The notes beneath the pieces are model-generated. The model was not told the DNA's origin. It worked only from the letters and a program-made list of their open reading frames with translations, and did no database searches. A DNA stretch of 63,569 nucleotides, the filler included, from Actinomycetota bacterium (GTDB taxonomy: Bacteria > Actinomycetota > CADDZG01 > JAHWKV01 > JAOPZY01): assembly GCA_025963875.1 (NCBI GenBank). It is 5 parts of 5 records of this genome, joined end to end, with 100 filler letters (N's around TTAATTAATTAA, not from the genome) between each part and the next. Parts side by side here need not be neighbours in the genome. Positions count along the whole stretch, not along the records: positions 55,206 to 59,261 come from JAOPZY010000092.1; positions 59,362 to 63,569 come from JAOPZY010000073.1; 3 more parts are not named here. One strand, written 5' to 3'. A program made the position numbers and the translations under genes. Positions 55,565-63,569 of this stretch are shown piece after piece (the stretch's first letter is position 1; the number at the start of each line of letters is the position of its first letter).

Positions 55565-56691
55565 TCATGTAATGGAGTGACCGGGGCCGACGAGGGCTGG
55601 TGCCCCCTTGCCGGCACGGAGCACGAGGAGATCGCCGAGTCCGCCGACGGCGCCCAACTCCATGAGCAGGCCGAGCTCTCCCTGCAGCACCTCGGCCTGC
55701 TCCAGCCAGCCCTCCAGGGCCGACAGGAACCCGGCGGCTTCGATCTCGTCCGCAACCTGGGCGAGGCCGAGGGACAGCAGCCAGGTGCGTTGCGAAACAA
55801 GAGGTCCCGGACAGAAGCCGGCCGCCTCGACGGCTTGGAGGACGGCGGAGAAATTCACCTTCGCCGTGATGTCCTTTGACCCTGGGTCGTCGAGGGGCGA
55901 CGGGCCGGCGTCGGCGGGTCCATGGGTGACGAGGGTGCCCAGGGGGTTGTCGAGCCAGATGTCGGGCTGGACGTCGCCGTGGTCAAGGAGCAGGAGGTAG
56001 CCACGTTCGAGTGCCCGTGCGGCCTGGCAGCACCAGACCTCGAGCTCGGGGCACAGCTCGAAGCGGGCACCTTCGTCGAGGTGGCTGGCTGCCTGCCGGG
56101 CCCGCCCGGCGAGATCCGGCGTCGAGAGCCGTCCCAACCGTTCCACAAGGTGGTTGCCGTCAATGTCGACGTAGATCTCGCCGACGCGGTCACCGTCGAT
56201 CACTTCGAGGGCGTGGACCGGGAAGTTGTCGAGCACTCGTTGGCCAGCACGCAGCCGGCCGCCACGGGCGGCTCTCCCAGCCGCGGAGCCCACTCCGCCG
56301 ACGTAGCGGCCGTGCCCAAGCGCCGCCGCTGCCAGGACCGAACCCGATCGAAACGCTCGACGAACCGCCAGTGCAGGGCATCCGACATCGGCCCCGCCGC
56401 CTCCATCGCCCCTGCAGCGAGGTCCCCCAGGCCCGCTCCGACCTCGATGACCCAGAACGGATCCGGCGCCCCGAGCGCCTCCCACATCGCCTCCAAGTGG
56501 CGGGCGACGAGCCGGCCGAACCAGGGTGTGATCGAAGCGGACGTGCGGTAGTCGCTGCCGTGGCCGGGCACCCGCGTGGCGTAGTAGCCGTCGCTCGGGT
56601 GGTAGAGGGCGAGACGCATGAAGTCGACGAAGGGGAGCGGCCCCGTGGAGCAAATCGCTCCCGGCAAATCCTCGATCAGCGATCCCGTCAC
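55565..56691 (-). pseudogene. SAM-dependent methyltransferase (MidA/NDUFAF7 family), frameshifted
   Basis: FM.LALY.P..GYY, IEVGAG.G, ANE|VLDNFP split by a 1-nt deletion near 56236, DITA.VNF. Confidence 0.85.
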
Positions 56692-56842
56692 GACGGTTGG
56701 GTCCTCTGACGGAGCGGCACCAGTGAAGGAGTAGGTGCGCGGAAGTATCGCGCCTCGGCGGCCGCTCCCGCACGGGTTCGGCGCTACTTTCCTTCTCGGC
56801 CGTCTGGGATACTTGTCCGTCCTGTTGACAGACTGGCGAACG

Positions 56843-58849
56843 ATGGCGACCTTCGAGCTGGACGATTTCCTGGCCATGCCCCGCGTGACCGGGCTGGCAC
56901 TCAGCCCCGACGGGACTCGGCTGATCACGTCCGTGGCCACGGTTGCCGCCGACGGCAAACGCTACGTCAGCGCCCTGTGGGAGCTCGACCCTGCCGGGAA
57001 GGCGGAACCGAAGCGCCTGACCCGCTCCGCGAAGGGCGAGTCACCTGGCGCTTTCCTCCCCGACGGGGGGTTCCTCTTCAGCTCCGCCCGCCCCGATCCG
57101 GATGCCAAGCCGGATGCTCCCGACGACGAGCGCAGGGGACTCTGGCTGCTCCCCGCCGGCGGCGGGGAGGCCCGGCTGGTAGCGGACCCGCCGGGAGGCG
57201 TCGAAGGCCTGGCTGTGGCCCGCTCGTCCGGAGCGGTGGCTCTCGGCATCGGCACGTTCCCGGGGACCGAGTCCCTGGAGGAGGATGGCGAGCGCTTCAA
57301 GGCGCGCAAGGAAGCGGGCATGGTGGCGCAGCTCTTCGAGTCCTATCCCATCCGTCACTGGGACCACTACCTCGGCCCCCGGGAGCGTCAGATCTTCGTC
57401 GCCGCCCCACTGCCGGCGGGTGACACCCCCATGGACCTGCGCCGCGTCGCCGGGGGCGAGGCACACAGCCTCAACGAGGTCGATTTCGACCTCACACCGG
57501 ACGGTTCCACGCTGGTCACGGGCCGGCGCCGCCTGGGGACGGCCCTGGCGGTGGACGTGGTGGCGGTGGACGTCTCGACCGGCGAGGCGCGCGACCTTGC
57601 TGCATCGGAGGCCGACCACGCCGGCTTCGCGTGCGCCCCCGACGGAGGCAGGGTCGTGTGCAGGCGCCAGACGTTGGGCAATCCCGGCGAGGCCGCCGAG
57701 GTCACGCTGTGGCTGATCGACCTCGCGGAAGGTCGAGGACGGGATCTCATTCCGGGCTTCGACCAGTGGCCCAAGAAGCCGGTCTGGGCCCCCGACTCCC
57801 AGGCGGTGTTCTTCGCAGCGTACGAGGCCGGCCGGGCTCCGGTGTTCCGGGTGGACGTCGCCACCGGTGTGGTGACCCGGCTCTCGGCTGACGGCGCCTT
57901 CTCCGACCTGTGTCCCTCTCCCGACGGCTCGACCCTCTACGCGCTGCGCTCCCGGATCTCATCCCCGCAGGAGGTCGTGGCGCTGGATGCACGGGCACCC
58001 GACCAGGATCCCCGCCCTATCCCGACGCCCGGGGTACCGGTCACCGTCCCGGGCCGGGTCGAGGAGATGGTCGCAACTGCTGCCGACGGCGTGGCGATCC
58101 ACTCGTGGCTGGTGCTTCCCGAGGCGGCGTCGGAGGCGTCGCCGGCGCCGCTCGTGCTGTGGATCCACGGCGGCCCGCTGGGCTCGTGGAACGAGTGGCT
58201 TTGGCGCTGGAACCCCTGGGTCCTGGCGGCCCGCGGGTACGCGGTGCTGCTTCCCGACCCTGCGCTGTCGACCGGCTATGGACAGGCCTTCATTCAGCGG
58301 GGGTGGGGTCGCTGGGGGGCCGAGCCCTTCACCGACCTGATGGCTGCCGTCGATGCTGCGGTCGCCCGCCAGGATATCGACCCGGAGCGCACGGCTGCGA
58401 TGGGTGGCTCGTTTGGCGGGTACATGGCCAACTGGGTCGCCGGCCACACCCGCCGCTTCCGTGCGATCGTCACCCACGCCAGCCTGTGGGCGCTCGACCA
58501 GTTCCACGGCACGACCGACGAGGGCCAATGGTGGGAGTGCGAGTTCGGCAACCCGTACGAAGACCCCCACCGCTACGAGGAGAACTCACCCCACCGCCAC
58601 ATTGCGCGCATCACCACCCCGGTCCTCGTCACCCATGGGGAGCTGGATCACCGGGTGCCCGTCGGGGAGGCCCTTCGCCTCTGGACCGACCTCCGGCGCA
58701 ACGGTGTCCCCGCCAAGTTCCTCTATTTCCCCGACGAGAACCACTGGATACTCAAGCCGCAGAACACCCGGGTGTGGTTCCAAACCGTGATCGCCTGGCT
58801 CGACCAGCACCTGCTTGGGAAGGATTGGGAGCGGCCCGCGCTTCTCTGA
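56843..58849 (+). CDS. S9 family peptidase (prolyl oligopeptidase/acylaminoacyl peptidase)
   Basis: beta-propeller repeats, IHGGP, GGSFGG, GELDHRV, FPDENH. Confidence 0.95.
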   Translation: MATFELDDFLAMPRVTGLALSPDGTRLITSVATVAADGKRYVSALWELDPAGKAEPKRLTRSAKGESPGAFLPDGGFLFSSARPDPDAKPDAPDDERRGLWLLPAGGGEARLVADPPGGVEGLAVARSSGAVALGIGTFPGTESLEEDGERFKARKEAGMVAQLFESYPIRHWDHYLGPRERQIFVAAPLPAGDTPMDLRRVAGGEAHSLNEVDFDLTPDGSTLVTGRRRLGTALAVDVVAVDVSTGEARDLAASEADHAGFACAPDGGRVVCRRQTLGNPGEAAEVTLWLIDLAEGRGRDLIPGFDQWPKKPVWAPDSQAVFFAAYEAGRAPVFRVDVATGVVTRLSADGAFSDLCPSPDGSTLYALRSRISSPQEVVALDARAPDQDPRPIPTPGVPVTVPGRVEEMVATAADGVAIHSWLVLPEAASEASPAPLVLWIHGGPLGSWNEWLWRWNPWVLAARGYAVLLPDPALSTGYGQAFIQRGWGRWGAEPFTDLMAAVDAAVARQDIDPERTAAMGGSFGGYMANWVAGHTRRFRAIVTHASLWALDQFHGTTDEGQWWECEFGNPYEDPHRYEENSPHRHIARITTPVLVTHGELDHRVPVGEALRLWTDLRRNGVPAKFLYFPDENHWILKPQNTRVWFQTVIAWLDQHLLGKDWERPALL

Positions 58850-58980
58850 GCCCAGTGGATGAGCCCTCATCGGCGGTTGCCGTCAGGTTGCAGGAAAAGC
58901 CCACCATGAGGCTGTTGCGAAATTCCACCCCAGGCCTCCGAGCCCGCATGCGGAGCGCGTAGGAGCCTGCCTGCTGATGT

Positions 58981-59023
58981 TTGCGCCAAAAACCGCGGCA
59001 GCCGCGGTTTTTGGCGCAATCTA
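58981..59023. repeat. perfect 19-bp-arm palindrome, diverged family C member or terminator
   Basis: TTGCGCCAAAAACCGCGGC-A-GCCGCGGTTTTTGGCGCAA then TCTA; the right end matches the family C arm at 14 of 16 positions. Confidence 0.75.
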
Positions 59024-59261
59024 GCCTTAGTCCCTCCCTGCTCCACCCACGCCTTGAGGCGCTCCAGGCAGAAGCCCCCAGCCTTGATGCCCGGCCCCTG
59101 GTCCGAAGTTGGGAGCGAATCGCGCGCATACGCGCTCTAGGTGACGCCGCAGAAAGTGGCCTTTTTCGGCAAGCCCCGTCAGCACGGACGGCGGAGCCTT
59201 GGGGGCGACCGTTCGACGTTTTCGGGTAGCCCGGCGGCCTTCGTGGCCCCATATGACCCGT

Positions 59262-59361
59262 NNNNNNNNNNNNNNNNNNNNNNNNNNNNNNNNNNNNNNN
59301 NNNNNTTAATTAATTAANNNNNNNNNNNNNNNNNNNNNNNNNNNNNNNNNNNNNNNNNNNN
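59262..59361. other. artificial contig-join spacer
   Basis: N-run with TTAATTAATTAA. Confidence 0.97.
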
Positions 59362-59592
59362 GACGTGAACGATCGCCTGGGGGGCCACCTCGAACCATCG
59401 GTCCACGGCTGTGCCCACGCCGGTCAGGTCCGGGGAGCGCGTCGAGCCGTCAACCTCAGACAGCTGCACCTGGCGCCGGCACGCCACCATCGCCTGCGGG
59501 CCTCGTACCGCAGGGCGGGAGGGCGGGACGAGGCCCTCCGCCGGCAAGCGGGGCACTGCTGGCTGGAGCCCCACCCCCGGCACTGCCCCTGA
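59362..59592 (+). CDS. possible 3' end of an unidentified protein (truncated by gap)
   Basis: frame open from the gap with high GC3, ending 14 bp before the convergent livF stop; no motif recognised. Confidence 0.4.
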   Translation, partial: DVNDRLGGHLEPSVHGCAHAGQVRGARRAVNLRQLHLAPARHHRLRASYRRAGGRDEALRRQAGHCWLEPHPRHCP

Positions 59593-59606
59593 CGCACGGG
59601 CCCGAA

Positions 59607-60317
59607 TCACAGCCCCAGGTAGGCGAGGCGGACCTCGGGGTTGCCGAGCAGCTCCTTGCCGGTGCCGGCCAGCGTGGTGGTCCCCGACTCCATGACGTAG
59701 GCCCGGTCTGCCCTCGCCAGCGCCTGGAGGGCGTTCTGCTCGACGAGCAGGACCGAGGTCGTCTCGGAGCGGATGCCGTCCACGATCTCGAAGACCTGGT
59801 CGACGAGCTTCGGCGACAGACCGAGGGACGGCTCGTCGAGGAGTAGCAGCCGGGGAGCGGCCAGCAGGCCCCGGGCGACCGCCAGGATCTGCTGCTCGCC
59901 GCCGGAGAGGTTGCCCGCCAGCTCGTCCCGGCGCCCGGCCAGGATCGGGAAGCGCTGCAGCATCTCGTCGATCTCGCGCGCGACCTGGCTGCGGTCCTTG
60001 CGCCGCCAGGCGCCGAGGTCGAGGTTCTCCTCGACGGTCATCCGTGCGAACACCTCCCGGCCCTCCGGCACCTGGACCAGCCCGGCCCCGACGATCTCGG
60101 GGGGGCGCATCCCGGCGAGGCTTCGCCCCGCGTACACGGCGGTCCCCGCCCTCGGCCGGACCAGACCGCTCAGGCACGACAGCAGCGTCGACTTACCCGC
60201 ACCGTTGGCGCCGATGACCGCCACGATCTCCCCCGCCTCGACCGCCAGGGAGGCATCCCGCACCGCCTCGATGGCCCCGTAGGAGACGGCGAGATGCCGG
60301 ACATCGAGCAATGCCAC
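59607..60317 (-). CDS. livF: branched-chain amino-acid ABC transporter ATP-binding protein
   Basis: GANGAGKST, VPEGREVF, LSGGEQQ, DEPSLGL, VEQN. Confidence 0.94.
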   Translation of the reverse strand: MALLDVRHLAVSYGAIEAVRDASLAVEAGEIVAVIGANGAGKSTLLSCLSGLVRPRAGTAVYAGRSLAGMRPPEIVGAGLVQVPEGREVFARMTVEENLDLGAWRRKDRSQVAREIDEMLQRFPILAGRRDELAGNLSGGEQQILAVARGLLAAPRLLLLDEPSLGLSPKLVDQVFEIVDGIRSETTSVLLVEQNALQALARADRAYVMESGTTTLAGTGKELLGNPEVRLAYLGL

Positions 60318-61091
60318 TCAGAGCACCTCGCTTGCCCCAGCTTTGCCGAGATAGGCTTCGGCGACGACCGGGTCCTCCAGCACTGCGGCCGCCCAGCCGT
60401 CGGCGATCTTCCTGCCGTAGTTGAGCACCACCACACGGGTGCAGACCTCCACGACCAGGCGGAGATGGTGCTCCACGAGGATCATCGTGAGACCCTCGGC
60501 GTTGAGCTCGCTGAACAGCGTCGAGAGCTTCCCGACCTCGGCGGGGTTCATCCCCGCGACGGGCTCGTCGAGCAGGAGCAGCCGTGGCGACAGCGCCAGG
60601 GCCCTGGCGATCTCCAGCCGCCGCTGCTGGCCGTAGGCGAGGGAGGAGGCCGGGCGGCTTTCCACGCCGGTGAGCCCGACGCGCTCCAGGAGTGCGCGGG
60701 CCTCCCCCGCCCGTTCCCGCGCCGAGGCGCGTGCGCCCGGCAGGCCCAACAGGCGGCCCAGATCGCCGCCCCCCGTGCGCCCGTGCATGCCCACGAGGAC
60801 GTTGTCGAGGACGCTGAGCGCCCCGAACAGCCTGACCCGCTGGAACGTCCGGGCAAGGCCTGCTGCCGCCAGCCGGTGGGGCTGCCACCCCGCCACAGGG
60901 CGGCCGGCGAAGACGATCGTCCCGCGGTCGGGTCGCTGGAATCCGCTCACCAGGTCGATGAGGGTGGTCTTGCCGGAGCCGTTGGGCCCGATCAGTCCGA
61001 GGAGCTCGCCCTGCCGCAGCGCGAGGTCCACGCCGTCCACTGCCTTGACGCCGCCGAAGTGCCGGGCGACGCCGGCAAGCTCGAGGATCAC
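60318..61091 (-). CDS. livG: branched-chain amino-acid ABC transporter ATP-binding protein
   Basis: GPNGSGKTT, ARTFQ, YGQQRRLEIARA, DEPVAGM, EAYLG. Confidence 0.94.
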   Translation of the reverse strand: MILELAGVARHFGGVKAVDGVDLALRQGELLGLIGPNGSGKTTLIDLVSGFQRPDRGTIVFAGRPVAGWQPHRLAAAGLARTFQRVRLFGALSVLDNVLVGMHGRTGGGDLGRLLGLPGARASARERAGEARALLERVGLTGVESRPASSLAYGQQRRLEIARALALSPRLLLLDEPVAGMNPAEVGKLSTLFSELNAEGLTMILVEHHLRLVVEVCTRVVVLNYGRKIADGWAAAVLEDPVVAEAYLGKAGASEVL

Positions 61092-61966
61092 AGCTTGACG
61101 CGGCGGCCGACGCGGCGGATTCCCACCCTGCCTCCGAGCAACCCCTGGGGCCGGAAGATGACCAGCGCGATGAGGATGACACCGTAGAGCGCGTCCCGGT
61201 AGCTCTGGGCGAAGCGGATCACCTCGGGCAGCGCCGTGAGGACCGTCGAACCGACGACGGGACCGGCCACGCGGCCGATGCCGCCGAGGGTCGCGAACAC
61301 GAGGACCCCGACCACCCGCTGGAAGGAGTACAGCGAGGTGTCGATGAAGAAGTTGATGTGGGCCTCCAGCGCACCTGCGTAGCCGGCCAGGACGGCGCCG
61401 AGGACGAAGGCCAGCATCCGGTACCGGGCGACGTCGATGCCCTGGGCCTCCGCGGCCAGCGAATCCTCCCGGACCGCATCCCAGGCCATACCGAGGCGCG
61501 TCCTCGCCAGCCGCCAGAGCACGTAGGCGATCACCACGAGCGACAGGTAGGCGGGCAGGAGGGAGGAGCTGGCGTCGGGCACGGTCAGCCCGCGCCCTTC
61601 CCCGGTGATGGGGATGTTGAGGATCGCCCCGACCACCACCTGGCCGAAGCCGATCGTCGCGATGGCAAGGAAGATGCCCGACAGGCGCAGCACCGGAATG
61701 CCGATCGGGATGGCGAGCAGGCCCGCGGCGAGGGCGCCGGCCAGCACGGCCACGGGCAGCGGCAGGTGGCCGTTGACGTGGAGCAATACCGACACGTAGG
61801 CCCCCACCGCCATGAAACCCACGTTGGCCAGGGTGAGCATGCCGGCCCTCAGTGTGATGTACATCGAGAGCGTCAGCAGGGCGTTGATGCCGAGCTGTGC
61901 CAGCAGGAGCTGGTGGGCGCGGTAGAAGCCGAGCGGGTCACTGAAAAGCTGGATGAAGAATTGCAA
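61088..61966 (-). CDS. livM: branched-chain amino-acid ABC transporter permease
   Basis: GFMAVGAY, LRLSG.FLAIAT, AVRED..AA...GID, RPQGL. Confidence 0.92.
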   Translation of the reverse strand: MQFFIQLFSDPLGFYRAHQLLLAQLGINALLTLSMYITLRAGMLTLANVGFMAVGAYVSVLLHVNGHLPLPVAVLAGALAAGLLAIPIGIPVLRLSGIFLAIATIGFGQVVVGAILNIPITGEGRGLTVPDASSSLLPAYLSLVVIAYVLWRLARTRLGMAWDAVREDSLAAEAQGIDVARYRMLAFVLGAVLAGYAGALEAHINFFIDTSLYSFQRVVGVLVFATLGGIGRVAGPVVGSTVLTALPEVIRFAQSYRDALYGVILIALVIFRPQGLLGGRVGIRRVGRRVKL

Positions 61967-61971
61967 GCGGC

Positions 61972-62913
61972 TCAGACCTGCCGGGCGACGGTGCGCCCCC
62001 GGAGGATGCCCCCGGGGAACGCCACGAGGGCGAGGAACAGCACGACGAAGGCGACGCCCCCCGACACGTTCGACCCGAGGAAGACGAGGGCGGCAACCTC
62101 GGCGAGCCCGAGCAGGTAGCCGGCCACCACGGCGCCCCGGATCGATCCCATCCCGCCGAGCACGATGACGGCCAACCCCTTCAGCTCGATCTGGTCACGG
62201 CCCATGAACGGGTTGATGTCGTGCTGGGACAGCCCGTAGAGGATCCCGGCGACCGCCCCGAGGGCGGAGGTCAGCACCAGCGTCCAGGCAATGACCGCGT
62301 CGACGTTCATGCCCATGAGCTGGGCGGCCCTCGGGTTCTCGGCGACGGCACGGATGGCCCGGCCGGCCCTCGTGCGGCGCACGATCCAGCCGAGCGCGGC
62401 CGCGAGGGCCAGGCTGAGCAGGAGCGTGGCGATCTTGCTGTCCTCCAGCACGAGACTGCCCAGGTGAACAGATCCGGAGAGGGCAACCGAAGCGGGGAGC
62501 GCCCGGGAGTTGGCGCCGAAACGCAGCTCCGCGATGTTCACGAAGATCAGGGCAAGCCCGATGCTCGTCAGCAGGGCGCTGATCGGCGGCGCGCCGCGGT
62601 GGCGGAGGGGCCGGAGCGCCACCAGGTCGATCCCGTACCCAACGGCGGCGCACGCCAGGGTGGCGAGCAGGGCCCCCAGCAGGAAGGGCAGGCCGAGCGT
62701 CACCGCCAGTCCGTACGTGATGACGGCACCCAGCATGAACACCGCCGAGTGGGCGAGGTTGAGGATGTCGAGGACCCCGAAGACCAGCGTGTAGCCCACG
62801 GCGAACAGGGCGTAGATGCTGCCGGTGAAGATGCCGTTCAGCGTCTGGGGCAGCAGCGTGCCCGCGACCCCCGAGGCGAGCGCCACAGGGACTCCGCCTA
62901 CCGCGGACGGCAT
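61972..62913 (-). CDS. livH: branched-chain amino-acid ABC transporter permease
   Basis: GSIYAL.AVGYTLVFG...LNLAH, GRAIRAVAEN, LGGMGS. Confidence 0.93.
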   Translation of the reverse strand: MPSAVGGVPVALASGVAGTLLPQTLNGIFTGSIYALFAVGYTLVFGVLDILNLAHSAVFMLGAVITYGLAVTLGLPFLLGALLATLACAAVGYGIDLVALRPLRHRGAPPISALLTSIGLALIFVNIAELRFGANSRALPASVALSGSVHLGSLVLEDSKIATLLLSLALAAALGWIVRRTRAGRAIRAVAENPRAAQLMGMNVDAVIAWTLVLTSALGAVAGILYGLSQHDINPFMGRDQIELKGLAVIVLGGMGSIRGAVVAGYLLGLAEVAALVFLGSNVSGGVAFVVLFLALVAFPGGILRGRTVARQV

Positions 62914-62918
62914 CCCTG

Positions 62919-63569
62919 CTATGGGTGCACGACGTCAACCAGCGTGAACCCGCCCGAGCCGTCCATGGCGACGACGTAGATGGGCTGGTGCACGTCGTGG
63001 GCGCTGGTGAAGCTGAAGGGGCCCAGGGGTGTGTCGAGGGACACCTTCTCCAGGGCGGCCCTGAGGGCGTCCCGGTCTTTGGCCACGTCGCTGAAGCCGA
63101 GCGAGGCGTGCCGGGCGGCCTCGGCGAAGAGGTAGACCGCCGTGTAGGCCTGCGCTGCGAACTGGTCGGGGTAGGCGTTGAACTTCGTCTTGTAGGCGGC
63201 GACGAAGTTGGTGTTGACGGTCGTGGTCGTGCCGAGGTACCAGGCGCTTCCCGATTGCGCCCCGACACCCGCCGGGCCGGCCTGCATCGACACCGCCGAG
63301 CTGTTGAAGCCGTTGCCGCCGAGGATGGGGCCGGCGTACTTCTGGCGCCGGAGCTCGACGATCAGCTTCGAGGGCACGCCGCCGACACCCGAGATGGCGA
63401 CGACGTCGGGCTTCTTGGCGATGATGCTGGTTGCGTAGGTGGAGAAATCGGTCTGGATCTTGGAGAACGCCTCGGTGTCGATCAGGTTGATGTGGTCGGC
63501 GCTGAACGTGGTCTTGAAGATCTCGGCGCCGTCCGAGGAGAACTTGTCGTCGTTGGCGAAGGCGAGGGC
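62919..63569 (-). CDS. branched-chain amino-acid ABC substrate-binding protein, C-terminal part (5' end beyond window)
   Basis: GGNGFNS, FVAAYK.KF...PDQFAAQAY, TPLG.FSF; upstream of livH. Confidence 0.9.
   Translation of the reverse strand, partial: ALAFANDDKFSSDGAEIFKTTFSADHINLIDTEAFSKIQTDFSTYATSIIAKKPDVVAISGVGGVPSKLIVELRRQKYAGPILGGNGFNSSAVSMQAGPAGVGAQSGSAWYLGTTTTVNTNFVAAYKTKFNAYPDQFAAQAYTAVYLFAEAARHASLGFSDVAKDRDALRAALEKVSLDTPLGPFSFTSAHDVHQPIYVVAMDGSGGFTLVDVVHP

Noticed and set aside
58850..59261. Short ORFs or a structured RNA after the S9 peptidase
   Set aside because: ORFs lack coding bias and motifs; beyond the single palindrome no RNA family was recognisable

Overview
High-GC bacterial DNA, inferred to be Actinomycetota (WhiB, DUF3499, GT87 mannosyltransferases, UbiA-DprE1-DprE2, and GYWxVASDGG surface repeats), probably from a draft or metagenome-assembled genome. 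It is not one continuous locus. Four 100-bp N/TTAATTAATTAA spacers (30734-30833, 40393-40492, 55106-55205, 59262-59361) join five contigs, so adjacency across them means nothing. Most genes are housekeeping or transport: ahcY, PNP, PGI/PMI, manB, cysS, aceE, lpdA, tag, nth, and peptide and branched-chain amino-acid ABC systems. The notable items are: (1) a translationally coupled operon of acyl-CoA ligase, membrane acyltransferase-3, phosphosulfolactate synthase (ComA), VOC protein and secreted esterase, a candidate system for putting a sulfonated acyl group on the cell surface; (2) a dispersed 25-bp hairpin repeat (7 copies) that is repeatedly translated in-frame inside unrelated proteins as RGAPQGAG or SGALRGAS; (3) an IS4-family element carrying a stand-alone WYL-like passenger gene, inserted in the 3' end of a YcaQ-like repair gene; (4) further families of about 40-80 bp AT-rich palindromes, one of which supplies the start of an AbiEi/DUF559-type gene; (5) a DUF1931 histone-fold protein. 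No rRNA, tRNA or CRISPR array was recognised. Product calls come from motif recognition by eye, not from database searches.
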